From Promethearchaeota archaeon (GTDB taxonomy: Archaea > Asgardarchaeota > Lokiarchaeia > Sigyniarchaeales > SOKP01): a DNA stretch of 10,711 nucleotides. A model generated the notes under the pieces. It ran no database searches. It was not told the DNA's origin and saw nothing but the letters and a program-made list of their open reading frames with translations. This document shows, one piece after another, positions 1 to 6,039 of this stretch; position 1 is the first letter of the stretch; every line of letters starts with the position of its first letter. The position numbers and the translations under genes were made by a program. The DNA lies in contig SDNM01000022.1 in the NCBI GenBank assembly GCA_004524385.1, positions 1-10,711 of the forward strand. The letters are read 5' to 3'.

Positions 1-303
1 ATTTGGAAAGAAAAATGTTGTTAAATTCATGGAATAAGCCTTTTTATAATCGTTAAAGATAAAAATAGGAATTAGAGAAACGATCGTCCATGAAAAATAA
101 ATAAAATATAGATCCGTTATATTATTTGGCTCAAATAAAATATAATTAGCAATAAATTGAATAATAATTTTACGCTCACCTGAGATCCCTTTATCAAAGA
201 TTATATGAAATTTATAATCAAATAAAAATATTAATAAGCTTAAAATTAAAAATTGAATAATGAAATTCATTATTTTCAATTTAAAGATTGACATTTTATC
301 CAT
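1..303 (-). CDS. Hypothetical hydrophobic (probable membrane) protein, N-terminal 101 codons; continues beyond the left edge
   Basis: Hand translation of the - strand from ATG (303-301) is open to position 1: MDKMSIFKLKIMNFIIQFLILSLLIFLFDYKFHIIFDKGISGERKIIIQFIANYILFEPNNITDLYFIYFSWTIVSLIPIFIFNDYKKAYSMNLTTFFFPN. An in-frame stop lies upstream at 312-310. A 101-codon open frame is unlikely by chance in DNA this AT-rich. The long I/L/F runs look like TM helices. It is not in the supplied track, probably because it is truncated by the window edge. Confidence 0.45.
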   Translation of the reverse strand, partial: MDKMSIFKLKIMNFIIQFLILSLLIFLFDYKFHIIFDKGISGERKIIIQFIANYILFEPNNITDLYFIYFSWTIVSLIPIFIFNDYKKAYSMNLTTFFFPN

Positions 304-469
304 TATAAGTTAGAACAATTAATTAGAACAAATAAAACTGATCTTTTATTAAATTACAAATAAAAAAAAATATCTATGTCGCAGGACAGACAATGAGCTT
401 AAAAAGAATAAATTTTAATAGATAAATTTATAATAGAGTATTAAAAATATCCGTGTTAAAATTTTAGTT

Positions 470-1219
470 ATGGTAAGACTTGATCCAGATTTGAAGGAAT
501 ATTTCTATGAAACAATATGTAGTTTTTTATTAGAAATTCACAATTCTTTAGATATTAATAATTTAGAAATAGATTTAAAAATAGATGAAATTATAAATGA
601 GATCTTTTTTGATTTTATAAATTCTATTCAAAATAAGATTGGTACTCCTCAATATAAACATAATATATCAAAAGAATTAGAATATGAAGTTAGAGATAAA
701 ATTATTAACAGAATATTTAAGTCTATGTTTACTAATGTTCAGTTATCAAATTATAATAAAGAGAAAATAATCTCTTCTGCTGTTAACTTATTCAAGAACA
801 GAAGTGAATTCTTTAATGATATTGAAGTAGATGAAGAAAAATATATGAAAAAGAAATATCCTTTTCTTACAGAATGTTTAGATGAATTAGATAATTATTA
901 TGGGATTGAAGAATGGTTTCTTTCCCATTTTGAGAATGATTGGGAAGACTTTAAACTATATTGGCAAAAATATAAAGAAAATCTTATTTTAAAATCAGAA
1001 TTTCTAAAAAAAGCATTTAACACATTTGGCGAAAGTAAATTTCTTGATGTTTTATCAAAATATCCTCCAATTAATGATTGTATTTGTATAAAAAATAAGA
1101 ATTATCAAGAAAAACTATCAACAATTAGAAATAGTAAAGAATATAGAAAATCTTATAGAAAATTTGTAAAGAATATCAAAAAAGAAAACACACAAAGACA
1201 AAAAGAAAAGGTTTTTTAA
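470..1219 (+). CDS. Hypothetical protein, 249 aa, N/K/E/I-rich with a basic C-terminal tail; no motif recognised
   Basis: A 750-nt open frame in AT-rich DNA, ATG start, TAA stop, followed by T-tracts and a hairpin. I recognise no conserved family signature in the translation. Confidence 0.55.
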   Translation: MVRLDPDLKEYFYETICSFLLEIHNSLDINNLEIDLKIDEIINEIFFDFINSIQNKIGTPQYKHNISKELEYEVRDKIINRIFKSMFTNVQLSNYNKEKIISSAVNLFKNRSEFFNDIEVDEEKYMKKKYPFLTECLDELDNYYGIEEWFLSHFENDWEDFKLYWQKYKENLILKSEFLKKAFNTFGESKFLDVLSKYPPINDCICIKNKNYQEKLSTIRNSKEYRKSYRKFVKNIKKENTQRQKEKVF

Positions 1220-1223
1220 GAAA

Positions 1224-1279
1224 TTTTTTTCCCAATCGTTAATGAATAAATTTACGAAAACCGTAAATTTTTTATTTTT
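1224..1279 (+). terminator. Candidate transcription terminator: T7 tract, then a 9-bp hairpin followed by a T-rich run
   Basis: ttttttt at 1224-1230 lies just after the stop at 1217-1219. A perfect inverted repeat aaatttacg (1248-1256) / cgtaaattt (1262-1270) has a 5-nt loop aaaac and is followed by ttttattttt. Archaeal RNAP terminates at oligo-T tracts. Confidence 0.4.
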
Positions 1280-1413
1280 GAATGTACTATTTATCTCACA
1301 GTGGAGATTTTATTAACTTATTCTTTAAAATATCATGTTTCAAAATTATTAGAGAGTGTCTTCTCCAATGAATTATGAAGTATTCACTTAAGGTTAGTCA
1401 TATGAAATTATTA

Positions 1414-1421
1414 TTTATATT
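1414..1421 (+). promoter_or_regulatory. Possible TATA box upstream of rpoA1; a Shine-Dalgarno aggag sits at 1444-1448
   Basis: tttatatt lies about 40 nt upstream of ATG 1457. aggag lies 8 nt upstream of the ATG. TATA-like strings are frequent in AT-rich DNA, so specificity is low. Confidence 0.25.
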
Positions 1422-1456
1422 AATAAATCTAAAATTAAAAAAAAGGAGTCAATTTC

Positions 1457-1693
1457 ATGAGTTATTCTTTTAGTCGGACTAAAATGATTGAAAAGATCAA
1501 GTTTGGACTTTTAAGCCCTGACGAGATCCGAAAGATGTCTGCTGCTCGTATAATTACGGCAGATACTTATGATGAAGATGGGTTACCTATTCCATCTGGA
1601 TTAATGGATCAACGATTAGGAACAATAGAACCAGGACAGCGTTGCCAGACATGCGGAAACCTCGTGAGTAATTGTATGGGACATTTCGGGCAC
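1457..1693 (+). CDS. rpoA1: DNA-directed RNA polymerase subunit A' (Rpo1N), exon 1 (79 aa) ending in ...[17 protein letters not shown]
   Basis: [14 protein letters not shown] and the zinc motif CxxCx6CxGHFGH are hallmark N-terminal motifs of the archaeal/eukaryotic largest RNAP subunit. The annotated 83-aa ORF continues CIKQ* into the insert. Confidence 0.9.
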
Positions 1694-1723
1694 TGTATTA
1701 AACAATAAGTTTAATACGTCTAA
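1694..1723 (+). other. Candidate 30-nt bulge-helix-bulge (BHB, relaxed type) intron within the rpoA1 coding sequence
   Basis: The insert is in frame (30 nt) and carries TAA at 1706, 1712 and 1721, between GHFGH and IELARPV. Central helix 1688-1691 gggc pairs with 1718-1721 gtct (2 G-C and 2 G.U). The 3-nt bulges are 1692-1694 and 1722-1724. A perfect 9-bp helix 1695-1703/1709-1717 has the loop aataa. Cutting after the 2nd bulge nucleotide on each side gives exactly 1693|1694 and 1723|1724. Confidence 0.55.
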
Positions 1724-4700
1724 ATAGAACTAGCCCGTCCAGTTATTCATGTAGGCTATGCTAAAAAAGTATTGAAAGTTCTAAGATCAATCTGTCCAGC
1801 ATGTTCAAAACTAATGCTTTCAGAAGAGGAAAAGACACGATTTGGGGACAAACAGACAAAACATCGAAAGATGTTTTTTGAGGGAGATGAAGATTTTACT
1901 AAAATTGTATTCAAAAGGGCAAGGAAAACAAAAATTTGTCCTTACTGTGGGGCAACTAAGAAAAAAATAATAATTGAAAAGCCAACCACGTTCTATGAAG
2001 AAGAGGAGAATAAGGGTTCCCGCAGATTAACACCTATTGAGATTATAGATCGACTTAAAAAAATAAATGATATTGATCTTAGGATATTAGGAATTTCGCC
2101 TGAAAATGCTCGCCTTGAATGGGTCATTTTTATAGTATTACCTATACCTCCTGTATGTGCAAGACCCTCAATTACTTTAGATAGCGGAATTCGATCTGAG
2201 GATGATTTAACCCACAAACTTGTTGATGTAATTCGGATTAATCAACGATTAAGAGAAAATATTGATGCTGGTGCTCCGCACTTGATAGTCGAAGATTTAT
2301 GGGAACTATTGCAATATCATATTACTACATATTTCGATAATCAAGTTTCAGGAATACCGCCGGCTAGACATCGTTCGGGTCGAGCGTTAAGAACCTTGAC
2401 TCAAAGATTGAAAGGTAAAGAAGGAAGATTTAGAAGTAATCTTAGTGGGAAAAGAGTTGATTTTTCAGCAAGAAGCGTTATATCTCCAAATCCTTATATA
2501 AGCATTAATGAAGTTGGTGTACCTCAAGATGTAGCAAAAATTTTAACAATTCCAACTAATGTAAACGATTGGAATATCGAAGAAATGAAGCAATTAATAT
2601 TAAATGGTCCTATTAGACATCCAGGAGCAAATTACATAATTAGGAACGATCGTAGAAGAATTGATCTCCGCTATGTCAAAAATAGAAAATTAATTGCTGA
2701 CATGATTGCTCCAGGATTTACAGTCGAACGACATTTAAATAATGGAGATTTAGTCTTATTCAATCGACAACCATCTCTCCATAGAATGTCAATAATGGCT
2801 CATGAAGTAAAAATAATGGATGGAAGAACTTTTAGGCTAAATTTAACTGTTTGCCTAGAAGGAAATACACCTATCCATACAGATATGGGTAAAATTAATA
2901 TAAAACGTCTTGTAAATAATTATGATAATATTGATCTTTACTCTTGCACTTGGAAAAAAGATTTACCTAATAATATTAATGATATAAACATTATTTCTCA
3001 AGGAATAAAGGAAAGTCAGATAATAAGTTCTGAGTTATCTAAAGATAGAATTGAAGGAAAACGAATTATTACAGAAATGGGAAGATTTATTGAAACAACT
3101 CTTGATCATCCCTTTTATACAGAAAAAGGAAAAATTCCTGCTGATTCTCTTTCGTTAGGAGATCGAGTTGCAGTGTATCCTATTGATCTCCCTGAGATAG
3201 AATATAATTCCGGTGTAACAATATTATCTGCTGAAGATATATTGAATGCTTGCCCTCCTAATACCTATACTAATAAATTATTAGACGAATTAAATAAAGC
3301 AAAATTGTTAAATATACCTCCAATTTCCAAGAAACAAATTATTTTGGCATCTTTAGTTGGACATTTAATGGCAGATGGAACTTTATGGTGGGATGAGAGA
3401 GGAGTTCATTTGACCTTCAGGATCAATTCAATGGAAGATGCTGAAAACATAAGAAATAAATTAAAGTCCGTTGGGATTGAGTCTCCAGAACCAGAAATAA
3501 AAGAATCTCGAGGTGATGAAATATTTACTGTTTCAGGAAAAGTTTTACGGCCTAAAGGAAAAGCCATAATAATTGATATTAGGAAAAAATCATTTGCTAT
3601 AGCTTTTCATGCATTAGGAGTCCCTGTTGGAGATAAAGTCACTCAAGAATTCTCAGTTCCTGAATGGATTCTTAATGGTTCAAAAATGGTAAAAAGAGCT
3701 TTCTTAAGGGCATATTTTGGTGGAGAACTTTCTACACCTCGATTGCATACAAAGTCAGCAAAAATTATTAATCAACCCATTTTTAAAATGTCTAAAATTG
3801 ATGGTCTGACTGCTTTACACTTTTTTAACGATATTAAATACCTTTTAAATGAATTTGGAGCAGATATTTCTTCCTATTCTACTGAACCTGGTAATATTAG
3901 AAAAAAGGATGGATTAAGAACTACTTCTTATGCAGCAAATATCGCATCAAATGAAAAACAACTTTTATCTTTTTATAAGAAAATTGGATGTGAGTTTGCC
4001 AGAGAAAAAGAAATTTATTGTCGTTATGTTTCAGAATATTTAACTCTCAAATTCTTGGCAAGAAATAAAATGCAAGAAGTTAAGTTAAAAGCAATAAAAT
4101 CAAGAGAGAATGGTTTAACATTAGAACAAATTGCGAATAGAATCAATGTAACTCCAACAACTATATCTAGATGGGAGAGAGGAATATATGAACACGCAGG
4201 ATTACCCATTAATTTTCCGACATTTAATGAATGGATTCTTGAAACAACTGAAATGTTAAGTGATGGATTAGTATGGGATAAAATAGCAAAAATTGAAAAC
4301 ATCAAGCTAGATATCGCTTATGATGTGACGATGAATGGTAACTATGATAACTTTATTGCGAATGAATTTTTAACCGGAAATTGCCCTCCCTATAATGCTG
4401 ATTTCGATGGTGATGAAATGAATTTACATGTTCCTCAAAGTGAAGAAGCGCGAACAGAAGCAGAACTACTACTTAAAGTTCAAGAGCATATTTTATCTCC
4501 CCGATTTGGTGGACCTATATTAGGGGGTATCCAAGATTTTATTTCCAGTGTTTTTCAATTCACTAGTAAAGAATCGATATATAATAGAAAAGATACTTTA
4601 AAATTGCTTTATAAAGGAGGAATTTTTGAAAGTAATCCCAATTTCACTTTAGATACTTTAAAACCCCTCACAACAGATCCTGAACCATTATATTCAGGGA

Positions 4701-6013
4701 AACAAATTTTTAGTACTCTTTTTCCAAATGATTTGAATATTCGAGTGAAATCAAAATTTTGTAAGAAATGTGATGTCTGTGAGGAATTAGATTGCCCTTA
4801 TGATGCTTATGTAACAATAAAGAATGGTGAATTGGTTACAGGAACAATTGATGAGAATTCATTTGGGGCTATGCAATCAAATAGTATTCTACAAAGGATC
4901 ATTAAAGATCATGGTAATGCTAGAGGAAGAGAATTTTTAGACAATGCAACTAAAATGCTTCTATATGTCATTCGCAAAAACGGGATGACAATGGGTTTAG
5001 ATGAAGTTTATGTCAAAGGAGAAGCTTTTGAAAAAATACAAGATATTATTAGTCATGCGAATAAAGAATCAAAAAAACTCATTAGAGCTTACTATGAAAA
5101 TGATACAAACATATTGAAAAGAGCTCCTGGACGTTCCATGAGAGAAACTTTAGAATTAAGAATCAGACAAGTCTTAAATCAAGCTCGAAGTCAAGCTAAT
5201 GAAGCTGCAGCTTTTTATATAGGAGATGAGGCTCATTCTGTTATAATGACAAAATCTGGGGCTCGAGGAAATATCCTAAATTTAGGACAAATGTCTGCCG
5301 TAGTTGGACAACAAGCTATAAGAGGTGAAAGAATTAATCGAGGATATACTCAAAGAACATTGCCTCATTTCAAAATGAATGATCTTAGTCCAAAATCCCG
5401 TGGATTTGTCTCATCTTCATATAGGAATGGTTTAAATCCAGAAGAATTTTTCTTTCACGCAATGGGGGGTCGAGAGGGGCTGGTAGACACGGCCGTCCGC
5501 ACGAGCACGTCCGGATATATGCAACGGAGATTAGTTAATGCTCTCCAAGATCTTGTCATCGAAAACGATGGTACTGTCCGCAATTCGGATAAAAATATAA
5601 TTGAATATGAGTTTGGCGATGATAGTATAGACCCAATGCATACTGATCATGGCAATGCAGTTAATTTAGATGTATTATTATTAAAAGCAAAATCGCTTGA
5701 CGTTGACAAAATTCGACAAGAAATCAAGAGCAAACCAAAAAAGAAAGCACCAGCAGAGAAAGCACCAGCAGAAAAAGCACCAACCAAGAAAGCACCAGCA
5801 AAAAAAGCACCAGCAAAAAAAGCACCAGCAAAAAAAGCACCAGCAAAAAAAGCACCAGCAAAAAAAGCACCAGCAAAAAAAGATGTTGCTAAAACTGAGG
5901 ATGATGAAGCCTTACAAGAACAGTTTGAAAAAGAAACTGGAAAAAATGCGATTTGGCGGGGTAAAGAGACTAAAGCATTCAAAGAATGGAAAAAGGAAAA
6001 AATTGGTGACTAG
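1724..6013 (+). CDS. rpoA1: DNA-directed RNA polymerase subunit A' (Rpo1N), exon 2; includes the intein and a C-terminal repeat tail
   Basis: It begins IELARPVIHVGYAKKV (1724-1771) in the same frame as the 1772..6013 ORF. It contains the second zinc motif CPACS...CPYCG, RQPSLHRMS, NADFDGDEMN (catalytic Mg site) and the bridge helix GGREGLVDTAVRTSTSGYMQRRL. TAG stop at 6011-6013. The track's TTG start at 1772 would discard the conserved IELA segment. Confidence 0.9.
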   Translation: MELARPVIHVGYAKKVLKVLRSICPACSKLMLSEEEKTRFGDKQTKHRKMFFEGDEDFTKIVFKRARKTKICPYCGATKKKIIIEKPTTFYEEEENKGSRRLTPIEIIDRLKKINDIDLRILGISPENARLEWVIFIVLPIPPVCARPSITLDSGIRSEDDLTHKLVDVIRINQRLRENIDAGAPHLIVEDLWELLQYHITTYFDNQVSGIPPARHRSGRALRTLTQRLKGKEGRFRSNLSGKRVDFSARSVISPNPYISINEVGVPQDVAKILTIPTNVNDWNIEEMKQLILNGPIRHPGANYIIRNDRRRIDLRYVKNRKLIADMIAPGFTVERHLNNGDLVLFNRQPSLHRMSIMAHEVKIMDGRTFRLNLTVCLEGNTPIHTDMGKINIKRLVNNYDNIDLYSCTWKKDLPNNINDINIISQGIKESQIISSELSKDRIEGKRIITEMGRFIETTLDHPFYTEKGKIPADSLSLGDRVAVYPIDLPEIEYNSGVTILSAEDILNACPPNTYTNKLLDELNKAKLLNIPPISKKQIILASLVGHLMADGTLWWDERGVHLTFRINSMEDAENIRNKLKSVGIESPEPEIKESRGDEIFTVSGKVLRPKGKAIIIDIRKKSFAIAFHALGVPVGDKVTQEFSVPEWILNGSKMVKRAFLRAYFGGELSTPRLHTKSAKIINQPIFKMSKIDGLTALHFFNDIKYLLNEFGADISSYSTEPGNIRKKDGLRTTSYAANIASNEKQLLSFYKKIGCEFAREKEIYCRYVSEYLTLKFLARNKMQEVKLKAIKSRENGLTLEQIANRINVTPTTISRWERGIYEHAGLPINFPTFNEWILETTEMLSDGLVWDKIAKIENIKLDIAYDVTMNGNYDNFIANEFLTGNCPPYNADFDGDEMNLHVPQSEEARTEAELLLKVQEHILSPRFGGPILGGIQDFISSVFQFTSKESIYNRKDTLKLLYKGGIFESNPNFTLDTLKPLTTDPEPLYSGKQIFSTLFPNDLNIRVKSKFCKKCDVCEELDCPYDAYVTIKNGELVTGTIDENSFGAMQSNSILQRIIKDHGNARGREFLDNATKMLLYVIRKNGMTMGLDEVYVKGEAFEKIQDIISHANKESKKLIRAYYENDTNILKRAPGRSMRETLELRIRQVLNQARSQANEAAAFYIGDEAHSVIMTKSGARGNILNLGQMSAVVGQQAIRGERINRGYTQRTLPHFKMNDLSPKSRGFVSSSYRNGLNPEEFFFHAMGGREGLVDTAVRTSTSGYMQRRLVNALQDLVIENDGTVRNSDKNIIEYEFGDDSIDPMHTDHGNAVNLDVLLLKAKSLDVDKIRQEIKSKPKKKAPAEKAPAEKAPTKKAPAKKAPAKKAPAKKAPAKKAPAKKAPAKKDVAKTEDDEALQEQFEKETGKNAIWRGKETKAFKEWKKEKIGD
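2852..4381 (+). mobile_element. Intein (510 aa) with LAGLIDADG homing-endonuclease domain, inserted in RpoA' between RLNLTV and CPPYNADFDGDEMN
   Basis: Extein continuity FRLNLTV|...|CPPYNADFDGDEMNLH. Block A is CLEGNTPIHT (Cys1) and block B is ETTLDHPFYT (TxxH). LAGLIDADG motifs are LVGHLMADGTL and FLRAYFGGELS. Blocks F/G are AYDVTMNGNYDNFIAN-EFLTGN, followed by +1 Cys. An HTH-like segment LTLEQIANRINVTPTTISRWERG lies at about 4115-4183. Confidence 0.9.
5747..5881 (+). repeat. 15-nt tandem repeat x9 (gcaccagcaaaaaaa), last six copies identical; encodes APAEK-APAEK-APTKK-(APAKK)x6
   Basis: Counted directly. Unit starts are 5747, 5762, 5777, 5792, 5807, 5822, 5837, 5852 and 5867. Units 4-9 are identical at the nucleotide level, and the repeat is in frame within rpoA1. 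Confidence 0.95.
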
Positions 6014-6039
6014 ATAAAAAATAATTGAGGTTATCAGTA

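Noticed and set aside
376-396. Micro-ORF atg tcg cag gac aga caa tga (6 aa) in the divergent intergenic region
   Set aside because: It is too short to support as coding and has no SD or conservation information. It is noted only as a GC-richer island.
1694-1723. Alternative explanations for the triple-stop insert: stop-codon reassignment or readthrough, programmed translational bypass (T4 gene 60 style), or a pseudogene
   Set aside because: TAA, TAG and TGA all terminate clearly bona fide genes in this window, so reassignment is unlikely. Bypass needs matching take-off and landing codons, but the codon before the resume point is TAA and does not match cac or ggg. A pseudogene is unlikely because about 4.3 kb of downstream rpoA1, including a 510-aa intein, remains perfectly open and conserved, and the gene is essential. 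A sequencing or assembly artefact remains possible and is listed as a refutation test.
1687-1738. Alternative fold pairing cgggc (1687-1691) with gcccg (1733-1737), implying a 45-nt in-frame excision (1694-1738)
   Set aside because: It would leave 15 unpaired nt between the 9-bp hairpin and the central helix, which is not BHB geometry. It would also delete the conserved IELAR residues. It is kept as a competing structure that RT-PCR product size (30 versus 45 nt) would distinguish.
1772-1774. TTG at 1772 (the ORF-track start) as the true start of the large rpoA1 ORF, i.e. a genuinely split gene of 83 aa plus 1413 aa
   Set aside because: The 48 nt immediately upstream (1724-1771) encode the conserved IELARPVIHVGYAKKV in the same frame. 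No canonical start codon would allow translation of that segment. A split at this point would also sever the invariant GHFGHIELA motif. Splicing is more parsimonious, though a split gene cannot be excluded without RNA or protein data.
1993-2217. Antisense ORF of 74 aa; likewise 4024..4305 (-), 5912..6106 (-), 5979..6185 (-) and 7662..7886 (-)
   Set aside because: All are short, low-complexity and fully embedded antisense to strongly supported genes (rpoA1, rpoA2 or their inteins), with no recognisable motifs or start signals.
5747-5881. Tandem 15-nt repeats as a CRISPR array or minisatellite outside coding sequence
   Set aside because: There are no spacers. The units are contiguous, in frame and translate to a coherent APAKK repeat within rpoA1.
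5747-6010. The repeat tail as an analogue of the eukaryotic Rpb1 heptad CTD
   Set aside because: The repeat is a Lys/Ala/Pro pentapeptide with no Ser, Tyr or Thr phospho-acceptor pattern. It sits at the end of A', which corresponds to the middle of Rpb1, not at the end of A''. Only a loose conceptual parallel remains.
5647-6017. ORFs 5697..6017 (+, HQQKK repeats) and 5647..5982 (-, FFAGA repeats)
   Set aside because: They are alternative-frame and antisense shadows of the 15-nt tandem repeat inside rpoA1. Open frames persist because the repeat unit lacks stops in those frames. There is no independent coding evidence.
6025-6039. TTG 6025 as the rpoA2 start, and TTG 8955 as the rpl30e start
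   Set aside because: ATG 6040 lies 9 nt downstream of a gagg Shine-Dalgarno and gives the typical MTKI N-terminus. ATG 8958 immediately follows TTG 8955. The ORF-finder extensions are probably artefacts.
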